DNA of 64,000 nucleotides from Actinomycetota bacterium. GTDB lineage: Bacteria > Actinomycetota > Acidimicrobiia > Spongiisociales > UBA4744. Numbering within the stretch: position 1 is the first letter of the stretch; each line of letters opens with the position of its first letter. Positions 9,099 to 19,081 of this stretch are shown here, piece after piece. Both the position numbers and the translations under genes were made by a program. A model generated the notes under the pieces. The model made no database searches. It saw only the letters and a list, made by a program, of their open reading frames with translations, and had not been told where the DNA came from. The stretch covers positions 1-64,000 of the forward strand of contig JAADGS010000090.1 of assembly GCA_013152275.1 (NCBI GenBank), in the 5' to 3' direction.

Positions 9099-10523
9099 CT
9101 ACGCCTCGTAGATCGCCTGCAGTTCCGAGTAGAAAGCCAACGCGACCACACCCTGTTCCCTCCACCCATAGCCACTGGCCTTCATTCCCCCGAAGGGCGC
9201 ATGTAGCTCGACACCGGAGGTGGGGCGATTCACAACCACGACGCCGGCCTCGATCTCTGCTTCGAATCTCGCTGCCGACGCGAGACTCGCGGTGTGGATG
9301 GCGGCCGACAAGCCGAACGGGGTTGCGTTGGCGCTGGCGATCGCATGATCGAGATCGCGAACCGCCTCCAGCACCAAGACCGGGCCGAACACCTCGTCGC
9401 AGCCGAGGTCGACGTCGGCGGGCACACCGGCCACGATGGTCGGCACGACGACGCCGCCATCACCCTCCGCACCCCCACAGATGAGCTCTGCCCCGGCTTC
9501 GACCGCCTCGCGAATCGACGCCCTCACGGCATCGGCGGCGCTCCGGCTGATGAGGGGCCCGACCAAGGTGGATCGATCGAGGGGATCTCCGGGGACCATC
9601 CGTTCGGCGGCCCCCGACAAGAGTGATCGAACATGGCCATACACGGAGTCTTGAATGAGCGCCCTCCGGGTGGCGGTGCACTTCTGCCCTGCGTAGCCGA
9701 ACGCCCCCGAGGCCACCGCCGCAGCCGCCGCCTCCAGGTTGGCGTCGGCGAGGACGATTGCCGGGTTCCGACCCCCCAACTCGGTCTGTATGCGGATGCC
9801 CCTCTCGGCGCAGGCCACCCGCAGCACCCGACCAACCTCGACAGAGCCCGTGAAGCTCACCCCGCGGATGTTCGGATCGCCCACCAAAGCATCTGCAACG
9901 ACGGATCCCCTGCCCGTAACGAGCGCAACCAATCCGTCGGGGATCGGCGCCTCCTCAACGCATTCCATCAGTACGGTCGCCACGCCGGCACCGGCGGTGG
10001 CCGGCTTGAGAACCACGCCGTTCCCGGCGACGAGCGCGGGCGCCATCTTCCACGCCGGAATGGCCAGCGGGAAGTTCCATGGCGTTATGAGACCCACGAC
10101 GCCCAGGGGCCGCCGTCGACTGAACACTCGCATCGACGGAACCGGGCCTTGGAGAACCTCGCCGGTGCCGATGCGAAGCATGCTCGCATAGAACCGGAAG
10201 ATGGCGACAGTCCGGGCCACCTCACCTTCTGCCTCAACGATAGGTTTGCCAACCTCCCGTGCCAGAAGGGGAGCAAGGTCATCTCGCCGCTCGAGCTCGT
10301 CCGCGATCGAGCGAAGTGCCAACTCCCGATCCGCCAGCGGGAGCGCGACCCATTCTCTCTGTGCATGAACCGCGGTCTCACATGCCAGCGCGACATCCTT
10401 CCGAGAAGCCTCCCGCACGGCTTTGAGAGGCTCCCCCGTCCAAGGCTCGGTGCGCTCGATGAGAGCGCCACCTTCGGAGGACCAATCGTGGATACGACTG
10501 TTGATAACGGCTGCTCGTGTCAC
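9099..10523 (-). CDS. Aldehyde dehydrogenase (KGSADH/AldH-like)
   Basis: ITPWNFP, FTGSVEVG, ELGGRNP, GQKCTAT, EVFGP, PFGGMKASG; GTG start 10523 chosen from a GGAG SD. Confidence 0.9.
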   Translation of the reverse strand: MTRAAVINSRIHDWSSEGGALIERTEPWTGEPLKAVREASRKDVALACETAVHAQREWVALPLADRELALRSIADELERRDDLAPLLAREVGKPIVEAEGEVARTVAIFRFYASMLRIGTGEVLQGPVPSMRVFSRRRPLGVVGLITPWNFPLAIPAWKMAPALVAGNGVVLKPATAGAGVATVLMECVEEAPIPDGLVALVTGRGSVVADALVGDPNIRGVSFTGSVEVGRVLRVACAERGIRIQTELGGRNPAIVLADANLEAAAAAVASGAFGYAGQKCTATRRALIQDSVYGHVRSLLSGAAERMVPGDPLDRSTLVGPLISRSAADAVRASIREAVEAGAELICGGAEGDGGVVVPTIVAGVPADVDLGCDEVFGPVLVLEAVRDLDHAIASANATPFGLSAAIHTASLASAARFEAEIEAGVVVVNRPTSGVELHAPFGGMKASGYGWREQGVVALAFYSELQAIYEA

Positions 10524-10628
10524 ACTACGCTCCAATCTGGCCTGCTTGCTCGGTTCCTGCTCGTCCCTTCGAATCCCGCCGGTCTGTGTCCTGCCGAGCG
10601 ATGGATGCGACAACGTGGCTCTCGGTGG

Positions 10629-11687
10629 CTATCCCATCACTTCAGGCGGCAGGGAGATCCGAGATCTCTGTGGTGATGACCTCCTTGACAGGTCGAATCG
10701 GCTCGAGTCGATTTCAACACGGATTCCTTCTCGCGCGGAGGCGTAGGCGGCTTCGATGATCTGCACGATCCGGCGGCCGTCGGCACCTGTCACCGGAGGC
10801 TCCGTCCCGTTCGCCACCGCGGCACAGAACGCGTCCACGGACACCTTGACCGACCCGGCCCAGTCGTTGGCCGAATCACGCTCCGTCCAGGTGCCGTTGC
10901 GCCACACCCGGAGAGCCGGGCCGGTGGCAAAGCCTTCGAAAAGGGCCTCACATCCGGCCACTCGGGCGATCGCCTCGGTGCCGACCACCTCGATCTGATC
11001 GTCGAACAGGCCGGCCGGGCCCCCATAGGTCGCATCGATCGTGCCGATCGCACCCGTGGCGAACTCGAACAGGATCGAGTATCGGTCCTCACTTCCCGGA
11101 CGGTCCATCACTGCAGTGACGGCGGTGATCGGCCCTCCCAGCGCCTCGAGTACGTAGACGCGGTGAACCCCGGCGTCCATGAGGAGACCACCGCCGGCCT
11201 GAGCGGGGTTCGATCGCCATCCACCGTACTTGCCCCCGATCGCAAGCCTCGCCCGGATCGTCAGCACGTCCCCGAGATCCCCCCGCTCGAGCATTCCGGC
11301 GAGCCTACGATGCGGCTCATAGAACAACTGGTTGTGCGACACTCCGACACTGCGACCTGCGTCCGCTGCGACGGCCAGGATCTGGTCGCACTCGGCAACG
11401 GACATCGCCATCGGCTTCTCGAGCAATACGTGCCGTCCGGCCGCCAGGGCCCGTAACGCGTGGGACGCATGGAGGTGGTGTGGCAGGCAGATATCGACAA
11501 CCTCGATGTCATCGTCTGCGAGCAACTCGTCGAGCGACGAGGCCACCCGCCCATCGCCCCGAGACCGTTCCATGAGATCCGCATCGAGATCGCAGACAGT
11601 CACCGGTCCAACATGTGCCGATTCGCGCAGTCCGGCGAGATGGACCTGGCCGATCTCCCCGAGACCGATCAGGCCGACACCCACCAT
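10629..11687 (-). CDS. Gfo/Idh/MocA family oxidoreductase
   Basis: GLIGLGEIG, HVLLEKPMA, GGGLLMDAGVH. Confidence 0.92.
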   Translation of the reverse strand: MVGVGLIGLGEIGQVHLAGLRESAHVGPVTVCDLDADLMERSRGDGRVASSLDELLADDDIEVVDICLPHHLHASHALRALAAGRHVLLEKPMAMSVAECDQILAVAADAGRSVGVSHNQLFYEPHRRLAGMLERGDLGDVLTIRARLAIGGKYGGWRSNPAQAGGGLLMDAGVHRVYVLEALGGPITAVTAVMDRPGSEDRYSILFEFATGAIGTIDATYGGPAGLFDDQIEVVGTEAIARVAGCEALFEGFATGPALRVWRNGTWTERDSANDWAGSVKVSVDAFCAAVANGTEPPVTGADGRRIVQIIEAAYASAREGIRVEIDSSRFDLSRRSSPQRSRISLPPEVMG

Positions 11688-12472
11688 CAGGCGGCTCCCG
11701 GGACAAGGGCGCGCACCTGGTCCATCGCGAGCCGCGCCGCCGCGACGGGGTCGTTTCCGAGCACCTGGTCGAGGTACCGATAGGCCTCGAACTCGACCGA
11801 GAGCGGGCCCGTGTACCCGGTGTCATCGAGCGCCGTGAAGAACTCCGGCCACGGCACCTTGCCTTCGCCGAGCAGACAGAACAGGAAGTCCTCGCCCTCT
11901 ATGCCCGGCGCTCCGAACGCGTCCTTGAGGTGGACGTGGACGATTCGATCGCCTACCTCACGTACGAAACCGGGGATGTCGTCATTCTCCATCACGAAGT
12001 GGCTCGGATCGAAGTTGACCGCGCAGGGAACCTCGGCAAGCACCCTGCGCATCGTGGCCGCGTCGTGGGCCAGGGTGCCCCAACAGGGCTCCAAGGCAAC
12101 CTTCACACCGAGAGGCTCGGCGTAGGCGCAGGCGGCCTCCAGTGCCCGGAGCGAGTCGGTCCAAGCGGCTTCATCGTGGCGCGCCGCGGCGCCGTCCTCC
12201 CACAGGTTTGGGCCGGTGAGCACGTTGACCGTCGGCACACTGCGCCGCGCGGCCACGTCGATCGCCGACTTGGTGCGCTCGAGTCCGCCGACGGGGTCCG
12301 TGACCAGATCTTGCTGGCACGCGATGGCACACGCCGGTTCGACGAAGTCGTCGATGTGCGCCATGGTCCACTCGATGCTGTCGTAGCCCGCTCCGGTGAT
12401 CGCCGCAGCGACCTCATCGGCCGGCATCGTGGCAAAGCCGATCTCGGCAAGGAACGCGATGGGGCGTCTCAC
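11687..12472 (-). CDS. Sugar phosphate isomerase/epimerase (xylose-isomerase-like TIM barrel)
   Basis: VALEP, NFDPSH, HVHLKD, LSVEFE metal ligands. Confidence 0.9.
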   Translation of the reverse strand: MRRPIAFLAEIGFATMPADEVAAAITGAGYDSIEWTMAHIDDFVEPACAIACQQDLVTDPVGGLERTKSAIDVAARRSVPTVNVLTGPNLWEDGAAARHDEAAWTDSLRALEAACAYAEPLGVKVALEPCWGTLAHDAATMRRVLAEVPCAVNFDPSHFVMENDDIPGFVREVGDRIVHVHLKDAFGAPGIEGEDFLFCLLGEGKVPWPEFFTALDDTGYTGPLSVEFEAYRYLDQVLGNDPVAAARLAMDQVRALVPGAA

Positions 12473-13812
12473 GACATCGCCCCCGCATCGGTGAGCGCGG
12501 CCTCGAAGCGATCGACCATCTCCATGAGCTCGTCCCGCGTCGAGTTGACTGCCGGTTTGAGCTTGATCGTGTTACCGAGGTTGCCGAACACCGGGCCGGT
12601 GCGCCCTACCATCAGGCCTCGGTCGAGAGCGGCCTGGACGACCTCCGCGGCCTTCTCGAAGGCAGGCTCGCGGGTGGTCTCGTCCTCGACCAACTCGATG
12701 CCGATCATGAGGCCCTGCCCCCGCACGTCGCCGATGAAGCCGGAACGCTCCTGCAGGTCGCGAAGACGGTCGACGATGATCGCCCCCATCTCCTGAGCGT
12801 GTGCCGGCAGATCTTCCTCCTCCATCACCTCGATCATGGCGATGGCTGCAGCGCACGACACGGGATGACCGGACATCGTGAAGCCGTACTCCCATGCTGC
12901 CAGGTTGGCGTATTCGGGTGTTGCCAGGGTCGCGGACACGGGGAACCCGCCGCCGATGGCCTTGCCGAGCACGATCATGTCGGGCTCGATGTCGTAGTTC
13001 TCGCTCGCGAACATCGGGCCGCATCGGCAGAACGCGCCCTGAACCTCGTCCACGATCAACGGTACTTCTCGGTCTTTGCAGATCTCGGCAACCCGCTCCA
13101 TATACCCGTCCGGAGCGGGAATCATGCCGCCGTTCGCCTGGAAGGTCTCGACGATCACGCCCGCGGGCTTGTGGGTGTGCGCCCGCTCCAGCGACCAGTC
13201 GATCAACTCGGCGCATGCCAGCCCGCAGCGTTCACGCTCGAGATTGAGCGGACAGCGGTAGCAGTAGTACTGCGGCACCCTGATCTGGCGTTTCAGGTAG
13301 CTGTCCAATCCCTTGTTGGAGCCCTCGTACATGCCCGGATACACGTAGCTCAACGGGATCGTCCCGAACGTCCTGCCGTGGAACGCCCCGTCGAGGCACA
13401 CGAAATCGGTGCCTTCGGTCGTCCGCATCGCCATGTGCATGGCTCCCTCCACGGCCTCACCTCCCGAGAGGGCGTACAGCGTCTTCGAAAGGTCGCCCGG
13501 TGCCAGTGCCGCCAGCTTCTCGGCGAGCCGCGTTCGCGTCTCGGACTCCCACACCGGCGTCGTGTATTCCGTATTCCCGATCTGCTCCAGCACCGCCGCA
13601 CGGATCTTCGGATGGTTGTATCCGAGGTTGACCACCCATTCACCGGAGATGGCATCGAGGTATTCTCTCCCGTCTGCAGCGGTAACCCACACACCCTGGG
13701 CCTTGGCGATGCCGATCGGCTCATCGCCCATGCTCTTGAGTACGTACCGCCGAGAGACCTCGCGGAGCTCTTCGTAGGATCCGTAGAACCGCAGCAGCGA
13801 TTCCTCACCCAT
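12469..13812 (-). CDS. Class III PLP aminotransferase
   Basis: YLDAISG, SGGEAVEGA, AFHGRT, IVDEVQGAF, PLP lysine in LGKAIGGG. Confidence 0.93.
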   Translation of the reverse strand: MGEESLLRFYGSYEELREVSRRYVLKSMGDEPIGIAKAQGVWVTAADGREYLDAISGEWVVNLGYNHPKIRAAVLEQIGNTEYTTPVWESETRTRLAEKLAALAPGDLSKTLYALSGGEAVEGAMHMAMRTTEGTDFVCLDGAFHGRTFGTIPLSYVYPGMYEGSNKGLDSYLKRQIRVPQYYCYRCPLNLERERCGLACAELIDWSLERAHTHKPAGVIVETFQANGGMIPAPDGYMERVAEICKDREVPLIVDEVQGAFCRCGPMFASENYDIEPDMIVLGKAIGGGFPVSATLATPEYANLAAWEYGFTMSGHPVSCAAAIAMIEVMEEEDLPAHAQEMGAIIVDRLRDLQERSGFIGDVRGQGLMIGIELVEDETTREPAFEKAAEVVQAALDRGLMVGRTGPVFGNLGNTIKLKPAVNSTRDELMEMVDRFEAALTDAGAMS

Positions 13813-15562
13813 CGCTCGCTCCTCCGAGATACGCCGGCTTCGGCAGATCCCAATGCCCGACGTTGATGTTCTCCGTGTCGGCAGGATCCCGGCTGAGACG
13901 GAAGTCGATGAGGTATGGACCCCCGCTCGCCTGGGCCCTCCCGAGCGCCGCGTTCACCTGCTCCACTTCGGTGACCGTCTCGGCCTCGCACCCCATGGCC
14001 CGGGCGACTCCGGCGAAGTCGATCGGATTCGACGACCCGTCGGCCTTGACGAAGTCCACGGCCACCGGCCGCTCCTCACCGAACATGCCGCGCTGGAAGT
14101 CACGGATCGACACCCAACCGGCGTTGTTCAGACAGGCGATCACGACTGGTACGCCCAACTCGGCCGCAAGGTGCAGCTCCTGCACCGTCTGCAGCAGGTC
14201 ACCGTCACCGGCGAGAGCGACGACGGGGTACTCGGGCTTCCCGAGCTTGGTGCCGATCGATGCCGGGAGCGTGTACCCCATTGTCGAGTAGCCGCCGGGC
14301 GACAACCACGGCTCGAACACCGGAAACTCCTGAAAGGCCTGGATCTGGGGATGACCGGCCGACGCGATCGCGATCGTCTCACGCGGCATGGCATCCCGGA
14401 TCATGGCGAGGACCCGGCTCATCGACAGGGTGTCCTCACGCCAACGGGCACGAACCATCTTCCACCACTCCTCGGTACGCCCCTGCACCTCGGCGACGTA
14501 GTCTCCACGGTCAGCCCGCCCGCCCGCGAGGCTCTGCACCGCATCCAGCAGATCGGCAAGACCGGTCTTCGCATCACACACGATTCCGACCGCGACGGGG
14601 TAGTTCTTCCCGATTTCGTATGGATCGATGTCGAGGTGCACGAGTTTGGTCGGTGGTATGTTGAATGATTTGCCCGGAACATACGATGAGGCCGTCTGCT
14701 CGGCGAAGCGCGTTCCGACGGCAAGAATGACATCTGCTGCGGCGGTGAGCGCATTGCCACACGACGTGCCACACGCACCCGTGTGTTGGGCGCACAACGC
14801 GTGATCCTCCGGGAAGATGCCCTTGGACATCATCGTCGTCACGACCGGTGCCTGCAGGTACTCGGCAAGGGCTCGCAGTTCTGCCGCAGCATCGGCACGC
14901 ACACATCCTCCGCCGGCGAGGATCACCGGCCTCTTGGAAGAGATGAGCAACCGGGCCGCCCGTTCGACTTCCTGAGGATCGGGCCGCACTCTGCCCGCAG
15001 GCCGCCGCTCCACCGGCAGCAGAGCCTCGGCCTCGACGGCAACCGACTGGACGTCCATGGGCATCTCGACGTGCACGGGGCCCGGCCGCCCGGTGAGCGC
15101 TTCATTGAAGGCCCTGGCGATGATCGACGGAACCCGGTCGCCACGATGGGCCACGAAGCTGCGTTTCACCACGGGACGCATCAGATTCGAGAAATCTGCA
15201 TCGGCGTGCCGCTCGATCTCCTGCAACACCCCGGTGCCCTCCATGTAGGTCTGCGGACCACCGGTGACCGCCACCACCGGAATCGAATCGACGAACGATG
15301 TCGCCAACCCGACGATCGTGTTCACCGACCCCGGACCGATCGAGGTGACCGTGGCGAGCGGAGAGCCACTCGCCCGACAGTAGGCGTCGGCAATATGGGC
15401 AGCCGACTGCTCGTGTCTGGACTTCACCAGGGTGATGTCACTCCCGCGATCCTTCAGTGCGTCAAAGATACTCATGTTCCCGTGCCCGGGAATACCGCAC
15501 ACATACGGCACTCCCTCTGCGATGAGGTAATCGGCGAAGATCTCGCCGCCCGTCTTCGGCAT
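13805..15562 (-). CDS. Thiamine-diphosphate-dependent enzyme (ALS/IolD/Xsc superfamily)
   Basis: CGIPGHGN, RHEQSAAHIADAY, PGPVHVEMP, ThDP motif GDGD...LNN. Confidence 0.9.
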   Translation of the reverse strand: MPKTGGEIFADYLIAEGVPYVCGIPGHGNMSIFDALKDRGSDITLVKSRHEQSAAHIADAYCRASGSPLATVTSIGPGSVNTIVGLATSFVDSIPVVAVTGGPQTYMEGTGVLQEIERHADADFSNLMRPVVKRSFVAHRGDRVPSIIARAFNEALTGRPGPVHVEMPMDVQSVAVEAEALLPVERRPAGRVRPDPQEVERAARLLISSKRPVILAGGGCVRADAAAELRALAEYLQAPVVTTMMSKGIFPEDHALCAQHTGACGTSCGNALTAAADVILAVGTRFAEQTASSYVPGKSFNIPPTKLVHLDIDPYEIGKNYPVAVGIVCDAKTGLADLLDAVQSLAGGRADRGDYVAEVQGRTEEWWKMVRARWREDTLSMSRVLAMIRDAMPRETIAIASAGHPQIQAFQEFPVFEPWLSPGGYSTMGYTLPASIGTKLGKPEYPVVALAGDGDLLQTVQELHLAAELGVPVVIACLNNAGWVSIRDFQRGMFGEERPVAVDFVKADGSSNPIDFAGVARAMGCEAETVTEVEQVNAALGRAQASGGPYLIDFRLSRDPADTENINVGHWDLPKPAYLGGASDG

Positions 15563-15621
15563 GTCACTGTCCTCCTTCAGATGCCGTTCACATCACCATC
15601 GATGCCCTGCCCTGCGCGTTG

Positions 15622-16515
15622 TCACCTCCCCGCCGCCGCCGCGACCCGGCCCGCAAACGTCGCCGCCGAACCAGGATCCAACTCCCAATCGATGACGATC
15701 TCCTTGCGAACACCGACCAGAAGATCGCCATCGATCGCAATGGCTCCCGGATGAACGAGGACATCCACGCCCTCGAACGGCGCATCGCCGTCGAGATCCG
15801 GTGCGAGGATCGTCCCCGCGTAGTACTGACTCACCAGCGCCCTCACCCGCTCCACCCCACGCGGGGTCGGAGCCACCACCGCCGCAACGGCCGACGGCGA
15901 GATCATCGCCAACTGGCGCAGCACAGAGCGCGGTGGGATGAAGTTCAGATCGACGACCCGGTTGAGATCACATGACAGCTCCGCGAGATCGGCCAGGTGG
16001 AATACCGGAGTCGCCACGACATCGATCTCGTCCGCCCATCCAGGCGTCAGCTCGTCGAAGAGCAACGGCCTCAGGGCGACACCGGTGGTGTTCTCGACCA
16101 GCGGAGTCATGTGGTCCAGGTCGTATCGGTTGCACTCGACGAACGCCACTGCACCGACACCCCTCCCGCCGACCGCGAGCGCGGACTCGAACAGCTCCTG
16201 GATCCGCGCCGGACCGAGGCCGGCGCGCCGGGCGGTGAGGACGGCATCGCGTACGACGCGCTCCACCTCGTCATGGCCGAGTTCGGGGGCTGCACCGGCG
16301 TTCACCAGGAAGGCCCCGCGTCGCGGTTCCGTCCGCACCAGGCCGTGACGCGACAGCCGCCGGATGGCACGATTCACCGTGCTCGGGTTCGATCCGAGCT
16401 CCTCGGCGAGCACCCGGCACGACGGCAACTTCGCGCCGACCTCGATGATGCCTGCACCGATCCGTTCCAGCAGGGCAACATAGACCTCGTCGACACCCGC
16501 AACTCGAACGTTCAT
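15622..16515 (-). CDS. GntR-family regulator with extended C-terminal domain
   Basis: HTH KLPSCRVLAEELGSNPSTVNRAIRRL..G.V....RRGAF; C-domain begins VAFVECN; ATG at 16515 (the ORF-track N-terminal extension is spurious). Confidence 0.85.
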   Translation of the reverse strand: MNVRVAGVDEVYVALLERIGAGIIEVGAKLPSCRVLAEELGSNPSTVNRAIRRLSRHGLVRTEPRRGAFLVNAGAAPELGHDEVERVVRDAVLTARRAGLGPARIQELFESALAVGGRGVGAVAFVECNRYDLDHMTPLVENTTGVALRPLLFDELTPGWADEIDVVATPVFHLADLAELSCDLNRVVDLNFIPPRSVLRQLAMISPSAVAAVVAPTPRGVERVRALVSQYYAGTILAPDLDGDAPFEGVDVLVHPGAIAIDGDLLVGVRKEIVIDWELDPGSAATFAGRVAAAAGR

Positions 16516-17498
16516 GCCACCCTCCCCATCAGGAGTGTGACGGGCTCGGGAACCTCCACGGCACGGACTTCCTGCAAACCCGCCGCCTCGAGCATGGACC
16601 GCAGCGTCGCGAGCGGATAGGCGGCGCCACCGGTCTCGACACGCATCATCACATCGAACAAGGGTCCGAAGGCGCCCGGCCCCACATCCCCGGCGAAGTC
16701 GTTCACGACGACGGTGCCCCCCGAACGCACCGCCGAGCAGACCCTGCGGAGCAGATCGACCCCTTCCTCCTCGGACAGGTCGTGGACCATGTGTGAGACG
16801 AGGGCGGCGTCGACGCTGCCGGCATCGACTCCGCACGATGGGGCCGTCATCACGTCGACTGCGATCAACTCGATGGACACGTCCGGGAGCGTGTTCAGAC
16901 GCCGCTCCAACGCTTCGATCACCGGCGGCAGGTCCACCAGCACGACGGCCGAGCCCGCCTCGGCGAGGCGGAACGCGAAATACCCGAAACCACCGCCGAC
17001 GTCGAGGACCCGCCGGCCGGGTGCAAGCTCGGGGAGGTCCCACGGTCTGGGACCGGTGTGCTCGGCGAGGACGTTCAGTGCATCGAGGAACATGTGTGCG
17101 GTCGCCGGATCGGAGGCGAGGCGGCTCTTCCACGGTTCGAGTGCCGGCCGGCCCGTTCTCACCACGTCGCCGAGTGACAGCCAGGCCCTGGCAAAGTACT
17201 CCTCCTTCTCGATCACCAAAGCGAGGTCCCGGCCACCTGCCATGTGGGCGGCGACGAAGGGAGTGGTCGCGAAACGGCCACCATCCTCGACGGCGAGACC
17301 GATACCGGCGAGGGAGCGCAGCAGTGCTCCCAGGGCTGCGGCATCGACTCCGATGGTCGCCGCCATGTCGGCAACGTCGCACGGCTCACTGGTCAGGTTC
17401 TCGAACACGCCGAGGCGTCGTGCCGCCATGACCACCATGGCGGGCTGATACCCGGTGAGTAGGTCGATGAACCCGAAGACGTCGGTAATCTCGCTCAC
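16512..17498 (-). CDS. SAM-dependent methyltransferase (ASMT/Methyltransf_2 type with dimerisation domain)
   Basis: AARRLGVFENL dimerisation HTH; VLDVGGGFG; SHMVHD; GTG start 17498 overlapping the upstream stop. Confidence 0.88.
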   Translation of the reverse strand: MSEITDVFGFIDLLTGYQPAMVVMAARRLGVFENLTSEPCDVADMAATIGVDAAALGALLRSLAGIGLAVEDGGRFATTPFVAAHMAGGRDLALVIEKEEYFARAWLSLGDVVRTGRPALEPWKSRLASDPATAHMFLDALNVLAEHTGPRPWDLPELAPGRRVLDVGGGFGYFAFRLAEAGSAVVLVDLPPVIEALERRLNTLPDVSIELIAVDVMTAPSCGVDAGSVDAALVSHMVHDLSEEEGVDLLRRVCSAVRSGGTVVVNDFAGDVGPGAFGPLFDVMMRVETGGAAYPLATLRSMLEAAGLQEVRAVEVPEPVTLLMGRVA

Positions 17499-19081
17499 GC
17501 GCTCCTCCTCATTGATCGATATAGGCCGAACGCGTCCCAGAGTCCCTTGATCTCCCGTCGCCATCTGCTCACGCGACGCGGAGGTGCTCCCAGATCGGCA
17601 AGTAGTGCCTGCGCTGCGTTGCGACCCGGCAGCCCTGAGACTCCACCGCCCGGGAAGGTCCCGGCCCCCGTCAAGTAGAGCCATGGTAGTTCGGTCCGAT
17701 ACCCGCGGGCCCCCGGCGGACGCCAATCGAACAGCTGATCGAGTGTGAGGTCGAGGTGGTTCGGGTTTCCTCCCGGAGCGCCGATACGCCGCTCCCAGCC
17801 GGCCGGGCCGAGGACTCTCCGGTCGACCGTGATCGGTCGAAGGTCGATGCCGGTGATCCGTGCGAACCCGTCGAGAACGCCGTCCACGGCCTGCTCCTCG
17901 GCCGCTCCATCCCAGGAGCGATCGCGTAGCCGCACCGGAACGAAGGCCGAGAGCCATACCGTACCCCCTCCGTCGGGCGCCGCGGTCGGGTCGAGCACCG
18001 ATGGGGCTGCCCACATCATCGCAGGACTGCCGGGCATACGGCCGGCGATGATCTCCCCAAAGGAGGTGTGTAGCGAGTCGGACCGTTCCTGGAGCAGCCA
18101 CAAGGCGGCATCTGCGTCTCCGCCCACGATCGTCGCCGGAGCCGACAGCGCCAGATCTATCTTGAGTTCCCCGATATTGAGGGCACCCGACTGCACGGCC
18201 TCGGCGGCCGACCGCAGGGTCGGAGGCGGATCACCCAGCAGGTGCACCGTACGGCGGATGTCGAGCGACGACATCACGCGGCGAGCCGCCACGAACTCTC
18301 CGTCCTCGAGACGGATCACCGCTCCCTCCGCCGTGGAATCGATGCCAACCACTCTGGCGTTGGTCCGCAGCGTGCCACCCGACGCCTCGAGCGCGGAAGC
18401 GATGGCATCGATGAAGGCACCCGCCCCGCCCCTCGGACGGTGGCTCCTGCTGCCGTGAGAGCCGGGCAACATCAGGGCGAACAGCCCGGTCCCGGGGAGC
18501 CATGGCGGCAGTTGGCCGTGAGCCCCGTACATCGCCACGGCACCGGCAAGGTGTCCGTCGCGGATGCGACGCCCGATCACCGATTCGGCGGATGAAACGA
18601 GCAGCCGGGCGAGATCAACGTCGGTCGAGAGCGACTCCGCGAGCCTGATGACCTCGCCGAAGGCGGGCACGCCGGGGAGAGCGTCGAACGCGTCGACCGC
18701 GCGCGCCGCCAGGTCTGCAAAGGACCGGTAGGACTCACGGTCGGCCCGCCCGATCCCGCCCCACCCATCGATGGTCGCTTCGAGGTCGGAATGGAACAGC
18801 AAGCGGGCACCATCGCCGAATCCGGCACCGACGAGGATCTCACGATCGAGCAGGTGCAGTCCGTGATCGGTGAGGTGCAGGTCGGCGACGACGTCGTCGA
18901 TCATCGTCAGGTCCACGGCCCCCCGTTCGAGCCGGTGTCCGCTGTCGAGTGCCTCCGTCCAGATACATCCGCCGGCGTCATCATTGGCCTCGAGGACCTC
19001 GACGTCGAGTCCCGCGGCCGCCAGATAGGCGGCACACACGAGGCCGTTGTGGCCTCCGCCGATAACGGCTACATCTCGCAC
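17495..19081 (-). CDS. FAD-dependent oxidoreductase, phytoene-dehydrogenase-like (COG1233/PYROXD2 type)
   Basis: DVAVIGGGHNGLVCAAYLA; C-terminal YLTGAGTFPGGGVSGLPGRNAA. Confidence 0.88.
   Translation of the reverse strand: MRDVAVIGGGHNGLVCAAYLAAAGLDVEVLEANDDAGGCIWTEALDSGHRLERGAVDLTMIDDVVADLHLTDHGLHLLDREILVGAGFGDGARLLFHSDLEATIDGWGGIGRADRESYRSFADLAARAVDAFDALPGVPAFGEVIRLAESLSTDVDLARLLVSSAESVIGRRIRDGHLAGAVAMYGAHGQLPPWLPGTGLFALMLPGSHGSRSHRPRGGAGAFIDAIASALEASGGTLRTNARVVGIDSTAEGAVIRLEDGEFVAARRVMSSLDIRRTVHLLGDPPPTLRSAAEAVQSGALNIGELKIDLALSAPATIVGGDADAALWLLQERSDSLHTSFGEIIAGRMPGSPAMMWAAPSVLDPTAAPDGGGTVWLSAFVPVRLRDRSWDGAAEEQAVDGVLDGFARITGIDLRPITVDRRVLGPAGWERRIGAPGGNPNHLDLTLDQLFDWRPPGARGYRTELPWLYLTGAGTFPGGGVSGLPGRNAAQALLADLGAPPRRVSRWRREIKGLWDAFGLYRSMRRSA

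Noticed and set aside
15622..18101. Apparent long fusion proteins (586 aa at 15622-17382, 529 aa at 16512-18101; also 684 aa at 28106-30160)
   Set aside because: The N-terminal extensions overlap real upstream genes in other frames; true starts with SD sites are at 16515, 17498 and 29047.
17495..19081. Carotenoid biosynthesis (crtI/crtO)
   Set aside because: No crtB/crtE/crtY nearby; the context is catabolic.
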